A DNA stretch of 62,072 bases, counting the filler, from Collodictyon triciliatum (lineage: Eukaryota), in assembly GCA_043381765.1 (NCBI GenBank). It is 4 parts of 4 records of this genome, joined end to end, with 100 filler letters (N's around TTAATTAATTAA, not from the genome) between each part and the next. Parts side by side here need not be neighbours in the genome. Positions count along the whole stretch, not along the records: positions 18,594 to 28,603 come from JBHJMP010001004.1; positions 28,704 to 45,410 come from JBHJMP010001005.1; 2 more parts are not named here. One strand, written 5' to 3'. This document shows, in pieces, positions 26,701 through 40,542 of this stretch (positions are counted from its first letter, which is position 1; each line of letters starts with the position of its first letter). The notes below the pieces were generated by a model. That model worked only from the letters and a program-made list of their open reading frames with translations. It was not told the origin of the DNA and searched no databases. The position numbers and the translations under genes were made by a program.

Positions 26701-28239
26701 GCATGTCCTATAATTTATCATATTATGTTTAAATATCAATGACGGTTGTATTGTTTTAACTTGTCAGTGAGGAAGTATACTTTGGAAGAGATAAATAAAA
26801 AAAATTAATATACGAGTTCGCTATCCAGATCTGAAGAATTGTCAGTGAAGGGAATATCTATGCGAATAAAAGAATATTTGAAAAGAATATATTGAGTCTG
26901 GAAATTGACTTGGGGGCGGAGGTGTTCATATCAGCCATACAAATTGAAAAGTAAAAACCGTAGTGCCCCGTTTTGAAGGAAAATGTAAAATGCAGAAATA
27001 AACAAATACGCTGCTGAATAAAAGTTACCTCCACTTTTAGTCCTCTCATTTCGACTGAGCGCAATACCGGATTAAAATCATGTTAGTGAAATGGTTTGGA
27101 CGATGAAAAAAAAAAAAAGGACTATATGAATGTATTCTTGGTAAACCCAAGCAGCAAAAAAGTAAGCCAAAAATAAAAAAAACCAGAAAAAAAACGAGTA
27201 CGTGATTGAATCAGCTGATTGGCCTGATTTTGTTATAGAGGAATGCAAAAAGTGAGTTCTGTTCCCATATTCTTCCATAATCATTTTTTGTCGTTCGAGG
27301 CTTTTGCTTACTCCAACAAAAATCATATCTTTTCTTTTCATATCCAAAATACCCCCCTCCATCACACTGATTTTAGACTCTTGGTTCGAAAATCATGGAA
27401 GTTATTTTCGTTCAAAGATATTTAGAGTTATAAAATCAAGCTTTTAGTCCATCTGATTGGTCATATAAAAATCAGATGATATCAATTTTCCATTAAATAG
27501 TAGAATAATTGCTATACCTTCTTTGAATATATCACCTTCAAGAAGGTCAAGCTCATTTTCAAGCTGTTTCAAGGAGGTATCCAAAGTCATTGCTTCTTCC
27601 TCTAGTTCATCGTATTCTTGCGCAGCATCACGCACTCTGTCTTTCATATGGATTTCCTTTTCCACATGAACTGAGCTAGGAAAGAGAAATTGCACCAGAT
27701 TTTGGACTTTATTTTCATTGGGAAGTATGATGTTTTTTTTTCCTTTTTTTTTTTTTATCAACCAAATAATTACATTTTTCAGATAGCATGTATGATGAAT
27801 AGGTTTTCAGTGAACTAGACGAAAAAGCACGGTTTGTACCACACTTACTGTTCGATAGCAGACTTGGCGTACTGTACATGGCTTTGCGAGACAATATAAT
27901 GATAGAATCTGTATTAATAACTCAATTTCATCAAGGTATGCGTATATGCAAATACTTTTGTGTTGTTGCATGCTTTATAAGCCAAGCGTAAATCTGGGGC
28001 ATCGGTCCTTTGCAAGAACGCTTCAGCTCCGCGACTGACGGGATCATTATCTACAGTGGTTATTCGGCCATTTAAACCAAAGAAACAAGGACACAATACA
28101 CTTAGATACAATGCTATATTAACAGTAAAAGAACGACCCCGTGGCTGTCTAGATGCATAACATTCCTTGCCCAGTGTTGCACTTGCTCGCATATTGCCGC
28201 GATCGCTCGTGGATCTCCTGGAGTGTCTGCTCTGCTCAT
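23772..28239 (-). CDS. HAUS5: Augmin/HAUS complex subunit 5, many short exons
   Basis: N-terminus MSRADTPGDPRAIAAICEQVQHWARNVM..|IMIPSVAELKRSCKGPMPQIYAWLIKHA. Middle LIKQNLQHRISFG|EVHRHSLKAVDEVINPCQK..RNYAKPEV. C-terminus AEFLQEW|WSQPAQYTVPWVAVGGLSFKDWMLKW matches the HAUS5/AUG5 W-W-x-Q-P-A..PW..G-L-S..W pattern. Confidence 0.85.
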
Positions 28240-28508
28240 CTATAAAACAAGACTGAGGGGCTTCAGAAGCATGCTTAATATATCCCTCCGGCAAAGTGCG
28301 CTGCGCAGAGTGTTGTCAGTCTATGTTTGCCTCAACTTTGGGATCCGTAATGTCACATTTAAAATTACTCAAGAATGTTGAGAAAATATCGCATATGTGC
28401 TTCTGCGTCTTTGTTTGTTCATTTATTTTTGGGCAGTGAAAAGGATGTTTCCTATAACAACCTACTACGAAGGCACACACAAATTATATATTTCCAATGA
28501 TACCGATA

Positions 28509-28818
<310 letters not shown>

Positions 28819-31175
28819 NNNNNNNNNNNNNNNNNNNNNNTATCGTTGTTGTTGCTAAAAACAAAAAATTGAAAAGAACAAAAACCAATAAATAAATATA
28901 TAAATAATTGAGACAAAAGACAGAAAGAACAAAAAAAGAACAAAAAAGAAAAAGTAAATATATAAACCCACTCAAAGATGCTCCCATTAGACGCTCGCTG
29001 CATTAATAACCTCCGATGAATAGGACATGACCGCGGTTTGCAAGGCGGCGGCACTGACAGAAGATACTGCTGGGTTGTTTTGCATAAAATGGCAGAGAAA
29101 TACCCTCGATCTCAATGAGTCAATGGAACCTTAGCCCGAGATTGGGCTATGTGAAAATAGCATATCATGATGGGTGACCCACAGGTTCCACTTTGTTGGG
29201 CGATTCAAACAAAGAATGGAAGAGCGTGTGCACACTATATTGTTTGGGAAATTTGAGAACCATCCAGAAAATTAACTTTTCATGCAGACATAAATATTTT
29301 AAAAGGTTTCATCTAATCCTAGGAGCTTTTGAAAAACATTAGAGTTGCATACTTCTTTGATTGTGAGAAACATGTAGAGAAAAAAAAACTGGTGAACGAA
29401 CGCATGCCATATTTGCATCATAAATAGATCGAAAGCATTTTTATTTTACTGCTCATAATGGGATGGTCAATGAGAACAGAGGAAAGCCTTTGCCCCACGG
29501 TGCAAAGAGCGTTAAAAATTGAAAAGAACTGATTTCGAAAGGTATTGACTTATGTATTTTGCTCCTTCAAGGTACTTGGACCGAACAAAAATGCAATTAA
29601 CTACCGGCTGCGGATGGAGTTTTTGTGAGTCCTGTGTGTGATGGATTTAGAGCGGTGAAAGCTACTTTATGTCTGAACTGGCGTATCGGTCGGCATAACG
29701 GATTTTAAAAAATGGGTTTTGATGGCTCATTAATTTTACATCGGGGATTACACAAAGTGCAATTTTCTCATAATTGACAACAATTTTTAATGGCTCGATT
29801 TACACAATATTTAACGTATTGCTTTTCGTCTATCAATGCTCAAAGATTTCCCTGAAACTCGGCCTATCTTGCAAATGTCAAGTGAGTTATTGAAGCCTAT
29901 TTCTGTTAGTTTTTTAAGCTGTTCAATTACAGCTGTAAAGTAAGCCGGGTCCAGGATGAGATAAGATGGGTTTCCCGCCACCTAATGCAGAGCAAGGAAG
30001 TGTATTCCTAAGCCATGACTACCCCTTCTTGTTTGAAGCACTTGCTTCTTGCGAGCCCCATTGGCAAGGATGGGGCGTGTGTGAATAAAGGTGAAAGTAA
30101 AGTCAAAGAAGAATGGAATGAAAATAGAGCAAGAACAATTACATGCATAATGTCTTCTTCCTCACAGGATATCTTGCAGAATGAAATATCATAGCCATCG
30201 TCGATTAGTGCGTTCAGGCTGCAAGCAACATGCTTTTTACTTCTTGCTGGTGATGTCTATATTTGCTCCCTTTGATTTTCTCGCATTTTACAGCGGTGGT
30301 TGGGACGCTGTGCGAGAATTAATTTATTCCATCAGCCTTTTGACCAATGCTCTGGTGGTCGAGGTGGAATCCTGTTTTTACTTCAAAAAGGTGGCAATAC
30401 CGTATCTGGCTATACTTTCCCAACTTCCGTAGATTCATGATTCAGCTAGTATAGCCGAGGGACTTTCTCATCCCTCTATATTTTGCTGGAACTTTCATTT
30501 TACATATTTTCCTTCGATTCTAAATTATTCAAATGGACTCGCTGCTCGATATCCAATCTGAAATACGCGCCTGGTAGCAGAATATATTTAATCGATTGGG
30601 TGTGATTTTCGAAATCTTGTGAGATTTTTTTTTATTCTAAATCTATCTCGCCTGTAGAGAAGTTGACATACCATAGTTCTGGGTTAGTTGCAAGCTCCTC
30701 AAAGTGCGTATCTAAGATGTTCTTTGGGCGCTTAATTAAATCTGTTGATGCCTGGGAGCGACCTCGCCAACATATATATCACTTTCTGGACACCAGACCC
30801 TGTTAATTGGCGCTGAAAAATCGCACTGGCACAACTCCAGAGTTTTACTTCTGGACTTCACCAGGAACATCCGTGCATCAAGGTTTTATTTTTTTACCTG
30901 GGCCATCATGTCTCCTGCACTTTTTCTATACTTCCAAGCCAAAATAGATTCAACTTTTATATACGACGTCGAAAATCATTGTAAGGAATTAACGAAACAC
31001 ATTTAATACTATTTTCTAAACACGAGTAAAAAAACTGGAGTAAAAAATTACAAAATCATTACATTCCTACTGATTCACTCTCTGAAGGCTTTATCATGAA
31101 AGGTTGATGTCTACGGCAGATTGCGCTCTGACGATTTACGAATCCCGCAATAATCTGGCTGGAGGCTTGGCAAAC

Positions 31176-31235
31176 AACTCTATTATTACAGTAATTGAAA
31201 GGAAGAATAAAAAAAAAACTCCATTATAACAGTAA
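31176..31235 (+). mobile_element. Micro retro-insertion family B: ~22-nt insert with 19-bp TSD (2 mismatches)
   Basis: AACTCTATTATTACAGTAA (31176-31194) and AACTCCATTATAACAGTAA (31217-31235) flank TTGAAAGGAAGAATAAAAAAAA. The same 3' end occurs in the longer copy at 42104-42152. Confidence 0.7.
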
Positions 31236-32829
31236 CCATATGCAAATAGTGTGATTAAGGACTATGGAAGCATCTTGAGGTACCTCCTTCGACGTGTTGC
31301 TTCCAAGCGTGGTGAAAAAGCCTCTAAAAATCGGACCCCATGATTTTCGGAGTGTTTGGTGGCTCCAATTCAAATTTACTGCAACAGCCCGTTTGGTTAC
31401 TACACGGGGGCTTTACTTCGGAGGGTATCTGTTTGTCAGAATTTTCTTTTGGATGAAGGTGTCAATGTAATTTACTCATTAGAGAAAGAGTTCAGAAGGA
31501 TTTGGGATATGGGCCGAGCCATTCGGTCCAACGGCCGTGCAACATTTTGTTTCTGCACTCAATCTTGTGAATGACTCCATTCAAGCGGAGGTCTTTTTGG
31601 CTCCTGTCACTACATCCACGGTATCCCGGACTACTAGTGCATTTTTTTTGGGACGTTGTATAGCAAGTTTGTGGTGACATTCAAGCCTGATGAGCTACTT
31701 CAACCAATAATTAAATATGCTGTGCATAAATCCCGTGTGCAAAGATATGTGCTTTGACAATTATGATGTCATATCATGTCTTTATGTTTGTTTTGGCGTG
31801 TGGTGTTTTTCTTTGTGGCTTCTATCTGTTAAGAATTCTTTTGTGTTGATAGTGAAAAGCTCTCTAGCAAGGAAGTGGCAACCACGCAAAATAACTGGTA
31901 TTTTAGAATATCTCATGCCTCTGCCTTCGACTTCCTTTATCTTTGGCCTCATCTCTTGCAATTGAATTTTGATTAAATCATGTTATTTTCTTCAACGATG
32001 TTGGCCGAAGCCTTCGCCAACCAACCTCCTTAGACAATAAAGTTCATTCATTAAGAAAAAGTGTCGTGTGAATGAAAAGTCGATTCGCCTCCTGCAATCT
32101 CCATTCCAACTCATTGGTTTCGCGTCACAGAACATCGTTTGTGCGCCTCTTGGTTGATTTAATGCACAAAGATGCCGGACAAGAAATCACAGCACGCCGC
32201 TAACTAGTTTGATCCATCCATGGCTGTGTGCGAAGCAAAAGCCTCTGCCTGGATTATCCATGCACACACAGTCCAAAGTGTTATGTACCGGAAAAGGAAA
32301 CGACATGTTGCTGTCATTCGGGAACCCAGCGTGGGTGTGACGGAAATCCGGTCGACATTGGAGCGAGAGATGATGTCAGGCCATGCCGAGAGGGCGTCAC
32401 CTGTCGTCATCACGACAATCTGCATGTGGATATATGCTGAGTTGTCTGCGCGTGGGCGTGTGTGACTGAATACTAGGAAAGGCTGTTCATTGTGCAACGC
32501 TGACGCCAAGAAACGCACTTTGAGCTGAGAGTGGGAACGGGATGGACAGCCAAAAGCGGCTCAATGCCAAGGAGGCAGTTTCCTATTGCCTCTCGACTGT
32601 GCGTTCCTGTCTTGCAGAGGAGGTTTTGCGTCGCAAAAAGGAAATATAGTGCAAAAGAGGAGCAGCCCGATTGGCACTTTCGTATGACCAGGGTGGTTCG
32701 TCACGCCTCATCACAAGCCGAAGCAGCTGTTTTTGTGATGCATCATCACAGCCACTCCTTAGACACACACACACAAGAGCGACCGACAATGCGGAGGAGT
32801 GACGCCAGCACCCGACACTAGCAAAAGAA

Positions 32830-32837
32830 TATAAAAG
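32830..32837 (+). promoter_or_regulatory. Candidate TATA box upstream of the cyclin gene
   Basis: TATAAAAG about 155 nt upstream of ATG 32986, in an otherwise GC-balanced context. Confidence 0.35.
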
Positions 32838-32985
32838 AGAGGAGCGCCAGATTCCAGGCTTTTTCCAGCAGTGCAGCCAAATACCATCACTACACCCAGC
32901 AAAGACGCAGGAGGACATCCAAACCCTGGAAAAGAAAGAAGAAAAAAGGAAAGAGGAAGAGGAAGAAGAAGAGAAGCAAAGAGCG

Positions 32986-33744
32986 ATGCAAAGCCGACAC
33001 GGACAGCACACAATCTTCACCGACGCAGAGCAGGAGACGGAGCAGAGCCACGGGGTGGGGCGGGAGGAGCTGCACGGCCGCATCTGCGCATACATGAGCG
33101 CCTGCTGCCACCGCCAAGCAGCCCAGAGCGGGAGCCGCAGCAGCCTGTTTGACCTTGTGGCGATGCCGATGAGCACGAGCGAGATGCTGGCCCGTGTGCG
33201 GCGCTACGAGATTGCGGCCGACGAGGCTGTGCTGTGCGCCCTGATTCTTGTGCAGCGCTACGCGGCAGCCCGCGGCACGGCACTGACTGTCGCAAACCAC
33301 GGGGCGCTCTTACTTGTGGCCCTGCTGCTGGCCTCAAAGACCCTCGAGGACATTCCCCACAGCAACGCAACCTTTGCCGCCGTCGCAGCTCTGGCTCCTG
33401 CCGATGTAAACGCCCTTGAGCTCGACTTCCTCGCAGCCGTCCGCTTCCGTCTGCGGTGTGCCCCGGACAAAGTTGCCCGCCTCAGGGAGACGTTTCTGGC
33501 CGACGCTCTTGCTGCGCGCGACGCTGCCCCGCTTCTCCCGGCATCCTCGTTCTCAGTCTCGGCCGGTCAGTCTCAGTTTCGGTCTCAGTCTCAGTCTCAG
33601 TCTCAGTCTCAGTCTCAGTCTCAGTCTCAGTCTCAGTCTCAGTCTCAGTCTCAGTCTCAGTCTCAGTCTCAGTCTCAGTCTCAGTCTCGGTCTCAAGCTC
33701 CAATCCGTGCATCGACGCCCTTGCGTGCTGTTTTCTCATCGTAG
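32986..33744 (+). CDS. PHO80/PCL-like (plant U/P-type) cyclin, intronless, with C-terminal (QS)n tract
   Basis: Cyclin-box pattern: LFD..PMSTSEMLARVRRY..AVLCALILVQR..LTVANHGALLLVALLLASKTLEDIPHSNATFAAVA..VNALELDFLAAVRFRL. Confidence 0.9.
   Translation: MQSRHGQHTIFTDAEQETEQSHGVGREELHGRICAYMSACCHRQAAQSGSRSSLFDLVAMPMSTSEMLARVRRYEIAADEAVLCALILVQRYAAARGTALTVANHGALLLVALLLASKTLEDIPHSNATFAAVAALAPADVNALELDFLAAVRFRLRCAPDKVARLRETFLADALAARDAAPLLPASSFSVSAGQSQFRSQSQSQSQSQSQSQSQSQSQSQSQSQSQSQSQSQSRSQAPIRASTPLRAVFSS
33583..33686 (+). repeat. (TCTCAG)n coding hexamer repeat encoding poly(QS)
   Basis: Perfect tandem repeat, in frame within the cyclin ORF. Confidence 0.95.
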
Positions 33745-34241
33745 TTAAACTAATACTGGGTGTTCTTTTCCTCCCATGTTTTTTCTGTATTGCCGGCATA
33801 TGCGGGTAGAGGGATTGCGGGTTGATACATCCTCGTCATTTTATCATACACTGTTGAAAGAAAAAAAAATGCCTATATCATTCATTCCTGTTTGTATTAT
33901 ATATCGTGCTTGACTCAGAGTTGCCTTGTCCCTTCCTTCAAGTGGTCCCGCCAATAAAATCATAAATATCAAGTATGGGTGGTTGTGTGCTTTTGATTTT
34001 GCTTTAATTGAGGATATAATGCAGATTACCCTCTTGTGTATGACAGTAAATTATTCAAAACAATGGACGGGAAGGCAAAGGCAAAAATATGGTGGTTTAT
34101 AAAAAGGGAAAAAGGTCTGCAGTGGTGGATTAAAAATTATCGTAGTTTCATTCTTTTTTTTTTTCTTTACTTCTTTTTACGTGCAGCGCATATCCAAGGT
34201 TAATGTGACTACATTAAAGAAAATCAAAAGGCTAACTGCAC

Positions 34242-37200
34242 TTATGGGATTAACTCGTCCTCTAAAAAACGATATTCGAATGTGAACTCTGTCTTGCGGC
34301 GTTGACACCACCCTGACTCGTAGTCAAAGTAAACATACGTTCCCTGGAGTCCACAAGTTAGAGAAAAAGAAGTGAAAGTAAAACGATATATATATATATG
34401 TGGTTGTTTTAAAATGATCGACCAACTTTTTCAATATGTATCGGATGACGAATAGGAAAGTGTAAATCTATTATGGATAACATGAATTGATTAGTCTACA
34501 GAAAAATCAAACCTGTTCAAAGTCCTCCGTGATGCTTTTTGGCTCTTCGTGTCGTTGGAACCAGGTCAGATACTTTTTGTGAAAACGCCATGATTGTTGC
34601 TTTAGTTCCCTTGGAGTAAAGGAAAAGAATCAATCATACAATTTGTGATAGATATATGCACCAAAGATTGACATAAGATGAGTTCATTAAACTGAAGTTG
34701 CGCCCATTTTAGGGTGCATCCCAATTCATAATAATAGGTCATAAACAAAGATTAACTTAACATGTGTAAAATTATATATTTAGAAACTATATGAGGCAAG
34801 TGGTACTATGTTGAAAGACTAACTTGGCTGCGAGGTATTGCTGGTAGGTGCCGTGTTGGTAGTAAAATATAAAGAACAAAGTATCTGGGTCAAACTTTTG
34901 ATAAATTGCCGGGTCATCAAAGACAGGATGAGGAGTTGAAGGATACTGGTTCGAGCTAGTTGTTTTATTTTATTTTGAGAGACACAAAAAAAAATTAGCA
35001 CGAGTTTTTTCGTGTGTGTGTGTGTGTGTATGTGTATGTGTCTGTGTATGTGTATAAACAGGTGTGTATGTGTGTTTTGTATGTGTTTTGTATGTGTTTT
35101 GTATGTGTTTTGTATGTGTTTTGTATGTGTTTTGTATGTGTTTTGTATGTGTTTTGTATGTGTTTTGTATGTGTTTTGTATGTGTGTTTTCTATGTATGT
35201 CTGTTTTGTATGTGTGTGTGTTTAAATATATGTTGTTTGGTAATAATGTTAAGTCAGGTCATTGAGTACTGAATGAGCCATAATCCAAGAGACAAACTTC
35301 TCTGTTTCCCCTTCAGGAATAAATTTCATGCTGGTTCGCAACATGCTTAACGTATCAGACGGAGCATCCTCCTCTGGTAACTCTTTTCTTTGACTTTCTG
35401 GAGCTATGAGTTTGTTGTAATTAGGATTATCATACCAACACAAACAGTATTCTGATAAGATAGAGCATATGTGTCACACCGAAAAGAATGTAAAAGAAGT
35501 TTCGATAGAGAAAATTAGCTACATAAATCCCCATCAAAATTCGTTTGTAATTAGAGATCAGGCAAACAAATGAGAAGAAAAGTCTAGTTGGAGACATACC
35601 GAGAGCCATGTTGAAGAATCCCTTGGTTAACTCTGACAGCTTCTCGAGTGTACCTTTATCATATAATTAAATTGATATACAAAAGTAAATAATTAAAATT
35701 AGATAACGATTTGTTGTTGTCTTTGGAAAAGTTAAATAAATTGCTGTGGAAAGGGATGTGCATGGTAACCGTCTTGGATATAGAAAGAAAAAGTATTCCT
35801 CAAGGCTATGTGAAATAGAGGTACCGGGCTGTTCATCGTCGTCAGATGCACCTCCGAATGTGATATCATCTTGAGGGTCGTCCCCTAGTCCACACATAAA
35901 AATAAGAGGATGGATCAAATGAGCAACTTAAAGAGAATTAGCATCGCGTGTGTCGATATCGCAATACAATCTTGATAAAGGTTTGTTGTTGATAATAATT
36001 CGGGCAGCTTTGAACCATTCTGTTTTAGTTTGCTCAACGCATGATGGTTCTTGAGGTTCGTAGGATTTCAAATAAGTTCAAATATTCAATTGGTAGTAGG
36101 TGAATCGAGGTCACATACATGAGTCTGGTGCATTGTTTTGCGGGCTTCCCACAGCAGATACTTTGTCAAGACCACCCGAGAATGACGGAGAAGAATTTGC
36201 AAATGAGAACGACTTCGTTGTAGGCTGGCTTGGGGGACTCGCAGTTGCAGATAAAGGAGGATTGCTGACCACTTTTGCGCTTGATGCAGAACCCTGCGCT
36301 GCGGGCGACGAAGACGACGACGTAGTGGCAGTGCTTGAAAGTGGTGTTGGCGTAGGAGCTGGACTTTGCAACGACGCGTTCGTAGGGACGGGCGTCGTCG
36401 TGTTTGATTGAGCGAGAACGGGCTTTGGGGATATTGCATTTGAGACGGGATTGGACGCTGGTGGTTCTAGGGATGGAGACGGGTTCTTTGGTCCGGAGGA
36501 TGTGCTGGACTGATGAGTCGGTGCATTTGGTGTCGCATTGCTTGAAGCAATCGCTTTTCTCGGCTCAGGTGCCTTGACGGGGACTGGGTTTTGGTGAGGA
36601 TTTCGTGAGAAGGTTGGTTTAGGTTCATTACAATCGCTTCGGCTCTTTTTTCGTTGGCAAGATTGACTAAATCTTTACATTTACAAAATCAAGAAGAAAC
36701 TAATAGGCCACGTGTGAAAATGATGTATAAGATGATTAGTTACATAGAAAATATGTTTGGATAAATGTGGATATCTAAGCAAGAAAAAAAAACCTGGAAT
36801 AGGCGGCTTGCTAGTTTTTTCTAAAATGAGGAGTTCGGATATGACGATAGAAGAATCGAAATATTAGCGCAAAATAAAAAGGATGTCAGACTAATTGAAG
36901 AAACAGGTATCACGCTGGCCTCAGTATTTCAAGATAGTCATGTATGCCACATATCATATTCTAACCAATTTGAGGGCCAGAGAGTGACAATGCGGGCATT
37001 GGTATTGGAGTTGTGGTTGGGGTGGCATTTGGGGTGGATTTGCTAGCCTAGTATACCATTTTTATCAAACATACAAGAATAAACAAATGGTATTAACTAC
37101 AGAGGACCTCTCTGCGTTCATGTTCATTATCCACGGGAACTTACAGCGGTTGGCTGCGGTGATTTTTCTAGGGGATTAAGGGATTTGGATGCCACTGGTG

Positions 37201-38476
37201 GCGGAGTTTCTGATTGTAAGGACAATAATACAATACTTTTTTATATAGGATTCACACTTGTCACACATTTCGCACCAACTGGATGATATTTGATTTCATA
37301 TATTCACATGTCCTTAGATAATGTTATATCCAATCAACTATTACGAGTAGGAGCTGGCGATTTTGCCGAAACGGGTACTTGTCCCGATGTCTGTGTGTAA
37401 ACGTTTATCACAAGAAATTAAACAGGCATCCATATCTCTTCATTAAACTTAATTCTATTAAAACTTTATCATAATTTGAATGGTGTCTGGATTTGGATTT
37501 GGATTTGGAACAAATGATTGAGATTGTACCGCTCCTTGTGCCGGGCTTGCCTCTTTATTTTTTTAATAGAAGTCGATCAGTCCATTATACAAATATCACA
37601 TAGCCGTGAATCACACAGTGGATAGGATGCAAGCAGATGAATCGTGTAGTATATACGAGAAAAAAATTAACCACAACCTTTCGAGGTAGAGCTCTTTAAT
37701 GGCTGTGGGGCAACCGTAATGGGTGTTTGTGTTGCTTTCTTTGCCGGGGATGTTAGAACATTCGACAAGTTTGCTGGTGGAATAGCAGGTGATGAGGCCG
37801 TCGGGAGTATGACCTGAATTCATAGATTTTATTGTTTTAAAACAGTAGAAAACCTTCCTTATCAAAGCTTATCGCAATCTGAACATAGAGTCACATATCT
37901 GATGAAAAGTAATGTCGATACTTTTGCTACAAGTGGCACAGCCGCTGTCGTAGGTGTGAGAGAAGCTGCAACTGGCTTTGGCTGAAATGTTTCCCATAGA
38001 GAAAGGAGTAAATTAAGGTGCTATAGATCACTCTGAAAATTAAGGGGGGTTTTGGATGCTTCATTGATCAGATGTGGTAATGTGTTTAAATAATGAGTAC
38101 AACCTGCTCCTTTTTCTTCGCCTCTTGCTGGGTATATGAAAAAATAAACAAATGATAAGTTAAAATTATGATAGGATATGTTTAGACCATATACTTGGTT
38201 GGTAAAAAAAAAAAAGCCCAATTAAGTAAAGACGAATATAAATATTCATTTCAGTCAAAAGATTGGATTATGAATAACGGTAGTGGATTAGTCATTAAAT
38301 TATCTAAGAGAATTTGGTTAATCATATTATGAGGCTAGCCCATGGCGATTGGAAATACACAAACCATCAGCTTCTGTTCAGATTCTGCCTTGGAACCTGT
38401 ATAAATGTAACCATCCGTTAAATGGCATGTGTGAGCTATCATTCAATTGATTACTTTCATGTATTAATCGTTCAAC

Positions 38477-38564
<88 letters not shown>

Positions 38565-40542
38565 AAAGTATAGTGAATAGTGAATAGCATCTTAGTACCA
38601 CTGTCTTCACTATCTTCGTCTGAATCATCCTCTCCGTCTTCATCGTCATCTTCTGCATTGAGCTCATCCTCATTCATATCATCCAGCCCGAGGAATCCAT
38701 ATATATCTTCGTCTTCGATAAAGTCTGGGTCCTTTGTTCAATTATTTTTACGATTAGACATAAATCACTAGCAAAAAAAAAAAATGATGATAATAGTTTA
38801 ATTATATCTGTCATAGTCTATGGTTCGTTTTTTAAATTAGAATTAAAAAATACGTGGTTGTTATCTGTATAGTACTCGACGCTATCCTTAAGCTCTCCGA
38901 TCTAGTGCCATCGTAAGTGTAAATATCAATAAAGACTTGCAGATACTTAATGTTGCAATTGGAGGCAGTTCATGAGTTGAATTCTATCCGATATAATACT
39001 ACCTCGATTGTACTTTCGTTCTATATTGCAAGTATAGATGATGGCATTGTTTTGGGGTTGATGAATACCTGGTCTGGGGTCAGGTGATCATTTTCCATCA
39101 GGCGAAGAGCCTTTTCCAGATACTTGACATGTACTTTGTGCTTCTGAATTCTAGTAACATATCGAATATATACATAAATTATGCGACAATTATCGGTTTG
39201 AAGTATTTGTCTTCATTTTCTGATTTAGAACAGGGTCTGATAATATTTTTGTTACACTAAAAATATGAAAAGAAAGCAAACCGTGTTTCTGATTGTATGA
39301 ATTTCAGGTCTTCGGGTGACCCCTTTTTTCCTTTCTTTTTAGTTTGCAGAGACTCTAATTCGTGCTCCAGGAGATTGACTTGGGTATCAAGTTTGTCAAG
39401 GCATGCGGAAACCCAGTTTCTTGTCTATAAAAAAAACCAACAGTTTTTTATAATTTTTTATATATGTACAAAAGAAACGAAGGGCAGAGGATAGCAAAGT
39501 TTTAATGCTACGGTTCCAAAATTATCAATTGTTGATCATTCTTTAAAATATGTGCCTAGCAGAGTTTCGAGAGATTCAGGGGTGAAAAGAAAGACATATG
39601 GGACACGACAGAACCTCTCTTTTTGCGATTTCAAGAGGGTCGGCCTTTGTGCCTTGCTGCAAGCCTTCCTTTGAATAGGCTTTTGTTTTGGCCTCCTTCT
39701 CAAAAACTTTGAAAATCTCCATTTTCTAAGTAGTGTATTGATTCAATTTATTTGATTGACATAAGGAGATACATGGTGTATATATGTATTTTAAAGAATA
39801 ATAGAAAAGAAAAATATCTATGCAGCCATATACAGATTCGATGGCTTTGCGAGCTTCGACAAGAGCGTTTTTATCCTTGATTTCACCCGATGATATCCAC
39901 CCTTTAATCACATCTCGATGCCTACAATATGGGGCAATATGTCATGATGAATATTTATCATTAATTTGTTTTATAGTTGGGTCCATTTACCGTCTCTCAA
40001 GAAAAAAAGAGAAGAAAAAGACGAGGCCTGGGTTATTAAGAACTCAGATAATACAGAGGAAGTAATTATATTTTTGACTCTGCTCATTGGTATCTTAGCT
40101 GTTCCCGTCCTCATTGCATGGCATTTACAATAGGCATAGACGTGCGCGGCCTCAAATCATATATTATAGAGAAAAGAACTCAATGGGAGAGGAGATACCT
40201 TTGCAGCTTCTTAATCTCCTTTTTGAGATCAGTCTCATACTTTTCCTTCTGATTAGCGCTGGAGGCTGACTGTGCTTTTTCAGACGTTTCTGCAAACAAG
40301 TTAAGGCCCTCCTGAACCTTTTTAAGAGTGCGGTCGATTTCGGCTGCAATGGAAGGTGCATGAAGCTTTTAGATAAGAAAATACGATAAAATGAAGAAAC
40401 TCAAGAAGGCGAGAAGAGTGGATCGCGCCAGCAGAGAGATTGTTCAAGGGTCGGGTAAGCAAGTAAGAAAGAAAAGGAAAACGGGAGAAAAACGATGCAA
40501 GAGAAGAGTCTTCTGTGCACCTTGGAGCTTCCGGTTGGCCAT
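34242..40542 (-). CDS. CNOT3: CCR4-NOT complex subunit 3 (Not3/Not5), many exons
   Basis: [68 protein letters not shown]|..[16 protein letters not shown]-terminal NOT box ..[34 protein letters not shown]..|[33 protein letters not shown]. Confidence 0.96.
35075..35185. repeat. (TTTTGTATGTG)n 11-bp intronic repeat
   Basis: Tandem repeat in a CNOT3 intron. Confidence 0.9.
38478..38563. repeat. (CAA)n intronic microsatellite
   Basis: Perfect tandem repeat in a CNOT3 intron. Confidence 0.95.

Noticed and set aside
33583-33686. Regular short repeats as a possible CRISPR or telomeric array
   Set aside because: No spacers and a eukaryotic context; it is a simple in-frame hexamer microsatellite.
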